Virus record (IMG/VR): IMGVR_UViG_3300032007_000001
Source of the DNA: a virus
Taxonomy: Duplodnaviria > Caudoviricetes
Direction: 5' to 3' (one strand)
DNA length: 64,000 bases
Positions 10,331 to 20,496 of this stretch are shown piece by piece (positions within the stretch are counted from its first letter, which is position 1; every line of letters begins with the position of its first letter). Made by a program: the position numbers and the translations under genes. The notes below the pieces were generated by a model. It did not search any database. It saw nothing but the letters and a program-made list of their open reading frames with translations, and was not told the origin of the DNA.

Positions 10331-10705
10331 ATGTCCAATAAAATTAAACAACTAAATGAAAATTCTTTTTTCTATGATGGTGCTACGTATGGTATTCAAT
10401 TCATTAATTCAGATGGAAAAAGCAATATAAATTTCGAAATAAATATTTATAAAAACTATAATATGGAAACAAAACCAATAAAAATCGATATGTTTAACAA
10501 TAACAATCATAAAGGATTAGAATGTTTTGATAAAAATTTGAAAGATTTCATTCTTGACATGATTAGCATGATTATTTGCAAAAAAGATAATGAATATATA
10601 GAAGAAGTAATTATGAAAAACAATAAAGAAGAAATTGAAAATGAAGATATTGAAATATATAAGCCAACAGATGATTGGGGAAAAAGCATTATGAACATGT
10701 TCTAA
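10331..10705 (+). CDS. Hypothetical protein (124 aa, MSNKIKQLNE...)
   Basis: ATG at 10331 with AAGGAG RBS, own promoter and terminator; upstream part of the ORF-track call is spurious overlap with the helicase. Confidence 0.7.
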   Translation: MSNKIKQLNENSFFYDGATYGIQFINSDGKSNINFEINIYKNYNMETKPIKIDMFNNNNHKGLECFDKNLKDFILDMISMIICKKDNEYIEEVIMKNNKEEIENEDIEIYKPTDDWGKSIMNMF

Positions 10706-10721
10706 AATTAAAAAATTTTTC

Positions 10722-10750
10722 AAGAGAGGAAAATTCATTCCTCTCTTTTT
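10722..10750 (+). terminator. Intrinsic terminator
   Basis: AAGAGAGGAA / TTCCTCTCTT hairpin plus T-run. Confidence 0.7.
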
Positions 10751-10786
10751 TATTTTGTTTTTAACTGAATATAAAGAATGGTATAA

Positions 10787-10967
10787 ATGTCAATCAACTT
10801 AAACGATATAATAAATTATGGAAGCGCTACATTCAAAGTCGTAAAAACAGCTACATCAGAAGACATCAGATGCATCAAGAACGACATAATTATATGCTGG
10901 CAGTTCAATAACATCTGCTCCGTGTAGAGTAAAAGTTTGGAAAATTGGTAAAATAAAAAGCACCTAA
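10787..10967 (+). pseudogene. Collapsed tail-fibre gene remnant (N-terminal peptide joined out of frame to C-terminal tail)
   Basis: ATG 10787 encodes MSINLNDIINYGSATFKVVKTATSEDI; a second frame ends SAPCRVKVWKIGKIKST* at 10967, matching both ends of fibre 47142..49097. Confidence 0.8.
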
Positions 10968-10981
10968 ATTGGTGCTTTTTT
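10955..10981. terminator. Bidirectional intrinsic terminator
   Basis: AAAAAGCACC / GGTGCTTTTT between convergent genes. Confidence 0.7.
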
Positions 10982-10983
10982 AA

Positions 10984-11319
10984 TTAATCATTTTGAATTT
11001 TTCTATATTCTTCGTCATACCAATCATTTAAGTCATTTATTTCTTGTTTTAATTCTTCTTGAAGTTCTGTATCTCCTAATAACTGTGCTTCACTAAAACA
11101 TTTAAGCAATTCATCTTTACTTTGATTATATTGATTGTCCAATTCGTTTATCATGTTTGATTTATCTTTAATCCAAGTACCGTCTTCTTTTGCAACGTAA
11201 TCGCCATCTGTTGGACGTTCTGATTGCATTAAAATTTCATTATTTGATGGCGAATAATTAACATCATCATTTACAATCGTTTGTTGTGCTTGACCAATAA
11301 TTGCATAAATTTTAGACAT
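10984..11319 (-). CDS. Tail fibre-associated/assembly protein
   Basis: Follows collar-fibre gene; C-terminal helical domain LD.QY...K..L.....D...LD.WYD.EY shared with 46068 and 53824. Confidence 0.6.
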   Translation of the reverse strand: MSKIYAIIGQAQQTIVNDDVNYSPSNNEILMQSERPTDGDYVAKEDGTWIKDKSNMINELDNQYNQSKDELLKCFSEAQLLGDTELQEELKQEINDLNDWYDEEYRKIQND

Positions 11320-11337
11320 ATATATCTCTCCCTTTTT

Positions 11338-11943
11338 TTAAAAAGCTTTTATAATATATTTCATTGTTAAAGATTTCGGTTGAACAGTATCTACAGAATC
11401 AGAATAAATTGAATTATAAAAAGAAGCATCTATCTTAAATCCATATCGTGGTTCTCCTCCTGTAAAATCACTTTTCCCACGCAAATAAGAATAGGATGAA
11501 GTTGGTACAGCTTCAATGGCTCCAGACCCGCTCCAATCAGATGGGTCGCACCATTGACAATCTCCAATTAACTTAAATTCGCCTTTTATATTTGGTAATC
11601 CGGCATTTTTATTTGTACCAGGTACCGAACTTCCTTCTATAAATTTATCTATCAAATTGGGTAAATTAAACGTTGTTGATTCATCACCAGAACCGTATGT
11701 TGTTCCTATTATATTATATAATTTACTATATGTTGTTCTTGATATAGCCGAACCATCACATAATAAATAACTATATGGAATAGTATTCCCACAAAATGGA
11801 AAAATAACTCCAATAGGAACATAATTGTATGAAACCAAATCTAATTGATTTTGAATATTTACAATATCATTATTTGTGGCTATTTTTACAACCTTAAATG
11901 CTGCATTTCCATATGTAATTATATCGTTTAGATTTATAGACAT
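11338..11943 (-). CDS. Tail fibre protein with tail collar domain
   Basis: PIGVIFPF...YLLCDGSAISRTTYSKLY..IGTTYG.GD..TTFNLPNL collar; GLPNI...TVQPKS tip; shared MSINLNDII N-terminus. Confidence 0.85.
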   Translation of the reverse strand: MSINLNDIITYGNAAFKVVKIATNNDIVNIQNQLDLVSYNYVPIGVIFPFCGNTIPYSYLLCDGSAISRTTYSKLYNIIGTTYGSGDESTTFNLPNLIDKFIEGSSVPGTNKNAGLPNIKGEFKLIGDCQWCDPSDWSGSGAIEAVPTSSYSYLRGKSDFTGGEPRYGFKIDASFYNSIYSDSVDTVQPKSLTMKYIIKAF

Positions 11944-11967
11944 ACAATCATTCCATTATTTTGGATA

Positions 11968-12549
11968 TTAATTATTTTCTGGCCAAATAATTGCATTTAC
12001 TTCTTCTTTTGTTTCCGCTGCCAAAACGTTGTCTCTTAATTGATTATATTGAACATGTAAAGCATTTGAACGAATAGCTGCTTGAGTATTAATACCAGCA
12101 AAATCTTCAACTGTCATTGTAACACTTTGATTATCAGCTGTAGTCCAAAGAATTTCTCCGGCTCCAGCGTCCTCAAGAGATTGCCTTGCTATACTTAATC
12201 TATCTCTAGACTTATCGTCATAATCAAAAGTATTTCCATTATAAGAAATAACATCAATTTCTTTCATATCTCTTGTGTTTTTTAATTCCATTATTTTTTG
12301 TTGTTTGACTTCTTCTAATGTAAGTTCGCGTTCAATTATTTCTTGTTTTTGTGGAATTTCTGCATATTCCCATTTGTTTCCATCCCATACAACGTTAAAT
12401 CCTTCTTTGGATTCTAATGGTTGAATCAATGTACAATTTGCTGGAATAAGAAAAATATCTTTTCCTGCTTTTTTTGTTTCCAATGGGTCAATCTGGCATT
12501 GCATTTCGGCAATAAAAATACCATTATCATCATACCTATAGGCAATCAT
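11968..12549 (-). CDS. Tail fibre assembly protein (DUF4376-like C-terminus)
   Basis: IDPLE..LIPANCT..P, WDG.KWEY, then FDYD..SR..WTTADN and AET.EEV.AI.W motifs. Confidence 0.7.
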   Translation of the reverse strand: MIAYRYDDNGIFIAEMQCQIDPLETKKAGKDIFLIPANCTLIQPLESKEGFNVVWDGNKWEYAEIPQKQEIIERELTLEEVKQQKIMELKNTRDMKEIDVISYNGNTFDYDDKSRDRLSIARQSLEDAGAGEILWTTADNQSVTMTVEDFAGINTQAAIRSNALHVQYNQLRDNVLAAETKEEVNAIIWPENN

Positions 12550-12679
12550 TTTTATTTCTCCTTATATATTTAATCATATTTATTTTATACATTTAGCGGC
12601 GTGCAATTTTTTTGATGAATAAAAAAATAATATTTTTCTATAAGAAAATGTACTAACTGTTCACATTTCACGAGATAAA

Positions 12680-12705
12680 AATGGGAGGTTTTTCGACCTC
12701 CCATT
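12680..12705 (-). terminator. Intrinsic terminator
   Basis: AATGGGAGGT / ACCTCCCATT hairpin after 12710..13570. Confidence 0.7.
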
Positions 12706-12709
12706 ATTT

Positions 12710-13570
12710 TTATGCAAGTAAGAAATATATTCTAACACCGTAACTATTTGTTGCAGGTCCATACGCAGAATTTCCATCTGACTTAACAGCTGCAAAACTA
12801 TTTGAATTATATACAGACCTTAACCAATAACTAACATTTTTGTCGTTTCCTGAGAACATCAATCTTCTGTTGTTTCTAAATACTGAAAATTGTTTATTGC
12901 CATCTCTTGTGTCAAATCCAGAAGAACTAAATGGTGCATATCCATATACCATTGCTTCATTTAAGATATTAGCCGTTACACTTTTTTTACTAACATTTGT
13001 TGTTACACCAGACGTAACTTGGTCGGTTAAATATTCATCATGTACGATAACGTGGTTTACGCCAAAAGCACTAACAATGGCTGTTGAATATAATGGCATC
13101 ATGGTTGTCCACATTGCTGAACCAACATATCCATCAGCAGTTGTATCTGTACCATTCATTACTGATTTACCAACATTAAATTCAGATACCATAACAACAT
13201 GATTTTTCGTAAGTTCTGTATCACCGGTATTAATAAAATAATTACAGTCGGCAACTACCCATTTTATATCATCATATGTTGTTCCGTTTACAGTAATAGA
13301 TTTTACAATATAATCGCCAGGGTAAATATTTTTGAACGTACCATTTGAAATATTTGCCGACATTCTGTTTGCATCAAAATCAGCAGTTATATCTTTTCCT
13401 CTATAAATAGAATTATGTGCAGCAGCATTATTGAAAAGTGCATTATCTAATTTAGTATCAACTGCATTGACTTCGTTTCTTACATCAGCAATATCTTTTG
13501 TTGTTGCCAATCTAACAACAAGAAATCTTGCAGTACCATCTGTAATTATATCGTTTAAGTTTACTGCCAT
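12710..13570 (-). CDS. Receptor-binding-like protein with C-type-lectin-like (DUF6273-type) C-terminus
   Basis: HNSIYRGKDIT, YWLRSV...FAAV...G..... NSYGVR.YF ending; shared N-terminal peptide MAVNLNDIITDG. Confidence 0.65.
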   Translation of the reverse strand: MAVNLNDIITDGTARFLVVRLATTKDIADVRNEVNAVDTKLDNALFNNAAAHNSIYRGKDITADFDANRMSANISNGTFKNIYPGDYIVKSITVNGTTYDDIKWVVADCNYFINTGDTELTKNHVVMVSEFNVGKSVMNGTDTTADGYVGSAMWTTMMPLYSTAIVSAFGVNHVIVHDEYLTDQVTSGVTTNVSKKSVTANILNEAMVYGYAPFSSSGFDTRDGNKQFSVFRNNRRLMFSGNDKNVSYWLRSVYNSNSFAAVKSDGNSAYGPATNSYGVRIYFLLA

Positions 13571-13654
13571 GTTTACCTTCCTCTTTTAATCGTATTTTTT
13601 CTCTACTATCAATTTAATATTTTTTTTTAATGTTCATATCACAAATAAAAATTT

Positions 13655-13870
13655 TTATTTCTTTTCTTTTTTAATATCAACTTTTTTAATCTTAAATTTC
13701 CATTCTTCGTTTTCTTTATTCATTGCTTTTACTATTTTTGACAATTTATCTTTTATTTCTTTCATTTCTACAAACAAAGATGCTTCTTTTAAGTTTTCTA
13801 CCGGCTTTAATGTTTCTATATTAATTGGCACTTCTTTATTTTTATTAAATTTACCATATACAGCGTACAT
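13655..13870 (-). CDS. Hypothetical protein
   Basis: 71-aa ORF in operon. Confidence 0.55.
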   Translation of the reverse strand: MYAVYGKFNKNKEVPINIETLKPVENLKEASLFVEMKEIKDKLSKIVKAMNKENEEWKFKIKKVDIKKEKK

Positions 13871-13874
13871 TTTA

Positions 13875-14123
13875 TCATTCCTTTTCTTTATTTAATATGT
13901 TAATACAATTCATGCACGCTACATGTAATGCAGCAGACGCATTATTAATTTTTACTAAATCAGACATAAAATTTTTTCTATTTTCATCTGTCTCTTCATT
14001 TTGATATAATTGACTCATTTTTTCCAAAGATTTATTTAAGTCATTAATTTTTCCAGTCCATTCCATTACATCTTTTAACCATTCTTCCAATCCTAAAACA
14101 AGATTTGCTTTTAATCTTTTCAT
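13875..14123 (-). CDS. Hypothetical protein
   Basis: 82-aa ORF with GGAGG RBS. Confidence 0.6.
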   Translation of the reverse strand: MKRLKANLVLGLEEWLKDVMEWTGKINDLNKSLEKMSQLYQNEETDENRKNFMSDLVKINNASAALHVACMNCINILNKEKE

Positions 14124-14137
14124 TACTTTCCCTCCAA

Positions 14138-15007
14138 TTAATGCTGTTCATAATATTCTTTCCAAAATTTCTTAAATGCAACGCCAATGTTTCCAATACC
14201 ATTACACTTCGAACATAACGGCAAAGATTTTCTATCATGATTCAATTGTTTTTCTCTCATGTTTTTAAAATTGTTTATATATATATCGTATACATTTTCT
14301 TCATATATATTACCAATCGTATCTATTCTTTTCCAATCACTAGAACAATGATGAATAGTGCCGTCTGTATCTACTGTAACTTGATAAAACGGCATATAAC
14401 ATACAGTATCTGGTACTTCTCTTGGAGATATGTAAAATACATTACCAGCACGGTTATTTACTGGACTTGATAAATGTTCTATATACATGGGACGTATTTT
14501 TAATCTCTTATTATACCCATACCCATCATAATTTTCATATTTTGATGTAAAATAATCTTCATCTTCTCTACTATATACGGATATTTCGATTTCTTTTATA
14601 CATTTCATATTAACAATTTCGTCTGTTAACTTTACACCATTTGTAATCAAAATAATATAAGATTGTGGACATAAATCATTTAACATATTAACAATTTCAA
14701 TGAATTGTGGATGTAACGTTGGTTCTCCTAATCCAGAAATACTGAATCTTCCACAAAAATCTTTTCCTAATTGATTGCACAATAACTTTACTGTATCTAA
14801 TGACATAAAATCCGGTATTCCTTCAGGACGAACATATCCGTGACCTCTTGGGCAGCACCAACATTTTAAGTTACACACGTCTGATATACTTAATATTACT
14901 GTACACAATGCTGTTTTTTCATTTAATTCTACTTTTGATAAATAATCTTCTATAAATTTGAAATTCTTTATTTGCGGATTCTTAAATTTTTCCAAAAAAA
15001 ACACCAC
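14138..15007 (-). CDS. Radical SAM protein with SPASM/twitch domain
   Basis: CNLKCWCC (CxxxCxxC), GEPTLHP, TNG; C-terminal CYMPF...DG..HHC...IGN...CSKC. Confidence 0.9.
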   Translation of the reverse strand: MVFFLEKFKNPQIKNFKFIEDYLSKVELNEKTALCTVILSISDVCNLKCWCCPRGHGYVRPEGIPDFMSLDTVKLLCNQLGKDFCGRFSISGLGEPTLHPQFIEIVNMLNDLCPQSYIILITNGVKLTDEIVNMKCIKEIEISVYSREDEDYFTSKYENYDGYGYNKRLKIRPMYIEHLSSPVNNRAGNVFYISPREVPDTVCYMPFYQVTVDTDGTIHHCSSDWKRIDTIGNIYEENVYDIYINNFKNMREKQLNHDRKSLPLCSKCNGIGNIGVAFKKFWKEYYEQH

Positions 15008-15086
15008 CTATAGTAATTATATTTTTTGTACAACAAAATTTAATTTAATTAATTTTTGAAAATGATATAATGTATTTGGTGATTTT

Positions 15087-15413
15087 ATGAACTACATTTT
15101 AGATTCAACAATGTGCAACAAATATGTTGATTATTGTATATTTAGCAACACGAATAACAAAAGATTTTATATTGCTATTTATTTTTATCACAGAAATTAT
15201 GAAAATACAAAAGATTTTTATTTTTTCATCATGAAAAAGGAAAAACATTCTAAAACCCTAAAAATAGAAAAGCCATTTGATGTTCTTTCATTAAAAGATA
15301 TAAAAGAAAGTGATGTTTGGAAAAATTTTGATGAAAATGAATTTGATGATTTAAGAGTTCTTGTAAAAAATTTCTATAAGATAACAAAATTTGATATAAG
15401 ATATGGACTCTAA
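15087..15413 (+). CDS. Hypothetical early protein
   Basis: 108 aa; upstream TGATATAAT extended -10 and GGTG RBS. Confidence 0.55.
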   Translation: MNYILDSTMCNKYVDYCIFSNTNNKRFYIAIYFYHRNYENTKDFYFFIMKKEKHSKTLKIEKPFDVLSLKDIKESDVWKNFDENEFDDLRVLVKNFYKITKFDIRYGL

Positions 15414-15427
15414 AAAAAAGAGGAGAA

Positions 15428-15658
15428 TTACTTCTCCTCTTTTGTTATTTCTCTTAATAAATCAAAATTATTATCTTGAGAGTCTTTTAAGTCTTCATAA
15501 TATTTTCTGAAGAATTCCAATGCATCAAAATTATGTTTTTCTCCATATATTTTGATTTTTGATATGAATTCTTCATCTTCAATAAGAAGCTTCATATCAT
15601 TTATTGTTTCTTCATTTCTCTTTTTTGCTCTACTGATGATTTCATCAATATCAATCAT
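15428..15658 (-). CDS. Hypothetical protein
   Basis: 76-aa ORF overlapping upstream gene end. Confidence 0.6.
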   Translation of the reverse strand: MIDIDEIISRAKKRNEETINDMKLLIEDEEFISKIKIYGEKHNFDALEFFRKYYEDLKDSQDNNFDLLREITKEEK

Positions 15659-15944
15659 TCTTTTTCACCAGATTATCATCAATAATATTCTTATGTTGAA
15701 TCACTAATCCAGTGTCTTCTTGATACACTAATTCTTTTTCTTCATTTGTAATTGCTGTAATCAATGGACCAAACAAAGAACAAAAACTTTCAAGAAAAGC
15801 TTCGCAATCATTCTTCTTTTCAGAAATAATAAGTCTATGAGCGATTTGTTCGTCGTCAATATCTTCGCTCACTGTGACTTCTATTTTGAAAGAATCATTC
15901 ATTGCTTTCAGGACTTCTTTTAATTTGTTTTCTATATCGTTCAA
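15651..15944 (-). CDS. Hypothetical protein
   Basis: 97-aa acidic ORF, GGGGAG RBS. Confidence 0.6.
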   Translation of the reverse strand: MNDIENKLKEVLKAMNDSFKIEVTVSEDIDDEQIAHRLIISEKKNDCEAFLESFCSLFGPLITAITNEEKELVYQEDTGLVIQHKNIIDDNLVKKND

Positions 15945-15958
15945 TTAAATTCGCTCCC

Positions 15959-18900
15959 CTACTTTTTATTGATAATCTCATTTTTATTCCAATCGTACAT
16001 CAATCTTATGTTTGCATCAATTAATATACTTGTATCATTATATTCTAATTTGTACACATACAAATCGTTGGTATTTTCAAGAGACGTTATTGTAATTTCT
16101 TCGCACGTCTTATTACCATCATTATCTCTTGGCGTTATATCAGATACAAGATTATTAATCTTAACATACATCAATGGATATTCGTTTGTCTTTCCATCAG
16201 TCCAAACTTGAATCGTACAATCTCCGTCTTCTATGCTAAATTCATTTGCTATCCAATTATTGTTAATATAATTATTATTTTCTTCAATATCGGCAATGCT
16301 TAATGTATGAATCAATATTTTTCCATCATCAAATGACAATACATAAATATTAGTTTCATCATTAATTGTTGTTACGTTATTGTTTTGTTCAGATATTTGT
16401 TCTTCAATTTTCATTGGGTCAGTGAATGTAGCATTCAAGAAACTAAATTTTGAAGTATATAATTCAAAATCTTTTTCAACGATTGCGACGAAACTTGAAG
16501 CTGGAACAACATGCAAATATTCACATCTATTGAAAACAAACTGAGACAATTTATCTTCATCCAAGGCTGCATATGTCATTGAACGAGAGTTGGCATTATA
16601 AGAAGAATACGTTAAATGAACAGCATCAAGGTTATCACAATTTATTTTTATATCATTATAATAACCAACTAAGTTATCTTCTAAAAGAAATGAATTATAT
16701 GAAAACGTTTCACTTTTGTATTCTTCTGATTCCTTATCGTTATTAACAACATAATTAATAATCTTCAATGAATTTTCGTTATCTATGCATGCCACAAAAA
16801 ATCCATTTGCGCCTTTGTTATTATTATGAGAATTTTTCAATGCATTTCTTGGACAAGAATTAATTTTATTATCATGAAGTAATGTTGTTGGACCAGAATT
16901 TTTTTCACCGTCTTTATATTTAACATACATTACATCAGAATAATATCCATAATTCTTTTCATATGTAATTATAATTGAATTATCATAACATACTTTTACA
17001 TCTGGAAACATGATTTCATTTGTTAAATCATCTTTTTCTATCAAATGCAAATCTTCTATGTCAAATCCATCAATATCAGTTGCATAATAAATATTTTTCC
17101 CATAACTCATTACAATATGAAGATTATCATTGTTGTCTTTGTCTATAGAGCCATAAACATGATTTGCTTGTAATCCATAATCTTTTACAATATCTTGTTC
17201 ATCATCATTGACTCTATAAAGAATCCCTTTGTCTAACACATAAAAAGCATCTTCTGTCTTACAAAAAGTTCTTTCTCCAGGAATTCTTTGACCATATAAG
17301 GCTTCGAAATTCTCTGGTTCTGTAATTGCTCTTTGCGTTTCACTAATACCTTTATTATCTCCATACAAACATTCCAAATATATTTGATATTCAGTATGTT
17401 GCATAAGATGTTCTAAAATATAATTATTTATTGATGTTATTGGCTTAACTTCCCAATGTTTATTATCAAATGAATAGTGTACAAATAAATACTTTTCTAC
17501 ATTTTCATCTGTAATTCTGTCAATATCATCAAACAATAATTCTATATCATGAGAATTTATCTCGCCTATCGAGAACGTTTGAATTCCGTCTCCATCGGTA
17601 TTTACATATACTTCATTTGAAATGTCACCAAGATTGCTCTCTAAAGGCGTAACACTAATTGTATAATAACTGCCTTTATGCAAATCTTCCAAATCGAATG
17701 TTATGTTTTCTCCAACTTTTACAGTATTGTCAATAATGTCATTAACTTCGTGCGTTAATTCTGACAATAGATACGTTTTTTCTTCTTCACCAGAAATATT
17801 GATTTGAATATCGCTATAACTTTCATCAACTGAAAACTTAAGTTTGGCAATTGTTTTTGTCGTTTCAATAATTTCCAAATCTTTTACTGGTTTCTTGTTT
17901 GTTGTGATTGTTACTACATTTGAATAATTTCCAGTATAACGTAACGGGAATCCCAATCTGAATTGATATTCTGTATTATGTTTTAAGTTTGGAATTGTCA
18001 TTTTGTTATTATTGACAGGATATAAAATATTCTTCCAACTTAATCCATGGTCAACTGAATACTGGAACAATTTCCCTTCATTATAAGCAACATCATTCCA
18101 ATGCAAAACAACGCTATGGAAAGTATGACTTATTTCTTTTAATGTATTCGTTATTGTAACAACATTGGAAGTCATAATGATTCCGTATTTATTTTCATAC
18201 AAAAGACGATAATAATACGTCACATTATTTAATTTTTCTATTGTACAACCATCACTATCTTTGTCAACAACTTCTTTTGTATTAGCTTTATACCAATTAA
18301 TATTGTCTATACTTTCTTGCACAATTAATTGGTTGATGTTGTTAATTTTATGCCATTTTAATTTTACATCATCACCAAATTCTATTGTCAACGGTCTAAC
18401 TTCATTGGAATAACCGTCTGCAACGCCACCAGTAATATGTAAGCGATAACGTGTAATAGTTTGTGCAAATTTATATTTAATACTATCACTTGACACAGGA
18501 ATAGGTTGGATTTCACTCCAAGACTCTTTTGTGTACTGTAAAGTCTGTTTTATAATATTGTCTATTGGTTCCCAATAAATATCTGTTTCTGGGCCTTCCA
18601 ATTCATAAATTTTATCCAAATACTTTACATTTTCAACGTTATCTGTCGTTATGTATTTTATCCTAAATTTATAAATACCTTCAGAAAGATTGACCGGATG
18701 AGCCCAAACATCTGTAACGCTCAATGGTCTTACCAACGTTGCGTCTACATATCTATCATCATTCAATCTTTCCAGTGCTATAGCTTCAGCATTTCTTGCT
18801 TTTGTCCAAGATAATACAACTTCGGAATTTGTAAGTGATTCTATCTTAAAGTCGCTAACTGGAGCAAATACTTCTGCTATGGCAGTATCAATACGCAAGA

Positions 18901-20023
18901 AACATATATCATTCATATCCATAATGAGCGAATATATATTTCTATCCATGCACCAGCCACATACAACATTCCAATTATCATTAATTAAATCAGTTATGAC
19001 GTCCCAATCATTTGAATCATATTTTTTTACCAAATATTGGACCTTCATATTTTTTTGATTGTTGCTGGCTAATGCGTCACCCAATCCCTGAGAAACGTAA
19101 TTATAAAGAATATATAAATTATCGTTCTCATCACACATAATAAACGGATATTTATTATTTTCTGCTTTTTCACTTAAAATTTGAGTGTCAGTTGTTATTC
19201 CATTACAAATATTAAGATAACAAATTTCGCTAGTATCAAAATTATCTCTTGTTGTAAGCCAAGTTATATGAACGTTATTTAATGAATCGGCTACAATGCT
19301 TGGATGATAACTATTGATAAATTTATCTTTTGATTCTTTTACAGATAAAGTACTTAATCCAGAAAACGTTTTTTCAAAACTATCGAAAATTGTATATCTT
19401 ATTTGATTTTTTCCATATTCATTGTTTTCTTCCCAACAAATATTGAATGATGTATCTCCAACTTGCGTCAATTTTGCATTATGTTGGTCATAAATTGATT
19501 GCGCTATTGGCTGATTATAAACAACACTTTCTGAATTTAATTCATAAATTGCATAATAAACACCGTAAGTATTGTTGGCTCTTGCTTTATCATATACAAT
19601 GTGAATATAATTGTTTGACCAATCTACTTTTATATCTGTGACACGCGCATTTAGGCTATAATTCGAAAAGAAATCTTTCCATTCTTCGTCCCAGGCGTAA
19701 ACATCTTCACTATCTCTAAATAAACCATATTTAATATAACGAATTGTATCTACACCATAATCATTTGGACCATGAGCAAAGATGTAACGATTCTCACCAA
19801 TCGTTACAATTTTTGCGTCATATAACTTATATATATCAACAGGAAGATATTCATCTAAAAGCCACGTTTCACCGTCATCATAGCTTATCATTAAATCTAT
19901 CCAAACGGAATTTTCGCTTGAATTTGTCATTAATGCGTAGATTTCATCTTTATCGTTCTTATATATATAAGGTTGTGTTCCCGTTGAAGAAATAACCTTC
20001 TTAAAAACAAATTTATTACTCAT
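15959..20023 (-). CDS. Large beta-rich protein with BNR/Asp-box and fibronectin type III-like repeats, probably virion-associated
   Basis: SYDDGETW and YSVDHGLSW Asp-boxes; NLKHNTEYQFR, DLHKGSYYTI, HLMQHTEYQI FN3 signatures; 1354 aa. Confidence 0.65.
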   Translation of the reverse strand: MSNKFVFKKVISSTGTQPYIYKNDKDEIYALMTNSSENSVWIDLMISYDDGETWLLDEYLPVDIYKLYDAKIVTIGENRYIFAHGPNDYGVDTIRYIKYGLFRDSEDVYAWDEEWKDFFSNYSLNARVTDIKVDWSNNYIHIVYDKARANNTYGVYYAIYELNSESVVYNQPIAQSIYDQHNAKLTQVGDTSFNICWEENNEYGKNQIRYTIFDSFEKTFSGLSTLSVKESKDKFINSYHPSIVADSLNNVHITWLTTRDNFDTSEICYLNICNGITTDTQILSEKAENNKYPFIMCDENDNLYILYNYVSQGLGDALASNNQKNMKVQYLVKKYDSNDWDVITDLINDNWNVVCGWCMDRNIYSLIMDMNDICFLRIDTAIAEVFAPVSDFKIESLTNSEVVLSWTKARNAEAIALERLNDDRYVDATLVRPLSVTDVWAHPVNLSEGIYKFRIKYITTDNVENVKYLDKIYELEGPETDIYWEPIDNIIKQTLQYTKESWSEIQPIPVSSDSIKYKFAQTITRYRLHITGGVADGYSNEVRPLTIEFGDDVKLKWHKINNINQLIVQESIDNINWYKANTKEVVDKDSDGCTIEKLNNVTYYYRLLYENKYGIIMTSNVVTITNTLKEISHTFHSVVLHWNDVAYNEGKLFQYSVDHGLSWKNILYPVNNNKMTIPNLKHNTEYQFRLGFPLRYTGNYSNVVTITTNKKPVKDLEIIETTKTIAKLKFSVDESYSDIQINISGEEEKTYLLSELTHEVNDIIDNTVKVGENITFDLEDLHKGSYYTISVTPLESNLGDISNEVYVNTDGDGIQTFSIGEINSHDIELLFDDIDRITDENVEKYLFVHYSFDNKHWEVKPITSINNYILEHLMQHTEYQIYLECLYGDNKGISETQRAITEPENFEALYGQRIPGERTFCKTEDAFYVLDKGILYRVNDDEQDIVKDYGLQANHVYGSIDKDNNDNLHIVMSYGKNIYYATDIDGFDIEDLHLIEKDDLTNEIMFPDVKVCYDNSIIITYEKNYGYYSDVMYVKYKDGEKNSGPTTLLHDNKINSCPRNALKNSHNNNKGANGFFVACIDNENSLKIINYVVNNDKESEEYKSETFSYNSFLLEDNLVGYYNDIKINCDNLDAVHLTYSSYNANSRSMTYAALDEDKLSQFVFNRCEYLHVVPASSFVAIVEKDFELYTSKFSFLNATFTDPMKIEEQISEQNNNVTTINDETNIYVLSFDDGKILIHTLSIADIEENNNYINNNWIANEFSIEDGDCTIQVWTDGKTNEYPLMYVKINNLVSDITPRDNDGNKTCEEITITSLENTNDLYVYKLEYNDTSILIDANIRLMYDWNKNEIINKK

Positions 20024-20496
20024 GAACTTCTCCTATAAGTAATGAATTGATATGGTATTGTATCGTTGAAGTGTTCTGTTGTTTCTTGTATAAAATTCAT
20101 TTCATCTAAATTGGGAATAAATTTATTTCCTTTTTTTTCGTTTGAAAGAATTTTGGTAACATAAAACGTTTTAATGTATGGTAGAAATTGTTTATATATA
20201 CTTTCTCCACCAATAATATATACTTCGTTTTCATTAAAATATGAAAGTACTTTATCAATAGAATCGACAGTCAATGTATTCCAATATGAGAAATTTTTAT
20301 CTCTCGTAAGAACAACGTTAATTCTATTTGGTAAAGGTTTTTTTTGCAATGAATCAAATGTTTTTCTTCCCATAACGCAAACATGATTCATTGTAATTTC
20401 TTTGAAATGTTTCATATCATTTTTAATATGATACAACAACTCATTATCGTTTCCGATACACCAATTATTGTCTACTGCTACTATAGCGTTCATCAT
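20020..20496 (-). CDS. folA: Dihydrofolate reductase
   Basis: AIVAVD...IG..NELL, DMKHFK..T, MGRKTF.S..PLPNR.NVVLT, IIGG..IY. Confidence 0.95.
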   Translation of the reverse strand: MMNAIVAVDNNWCIGNDNELLYHIKNDMKHFKEITMNHVCVMGRKTFDSLQKKPLPNRINVVLTRDKNFSYWNTLTVDSIDKVLSYFNENEVYIIGGESIYKQFLPYIKTFYVTKILSNEKKGNKFIPNLDEMNFIQETTEHFNDTIPYQFITYRRSS

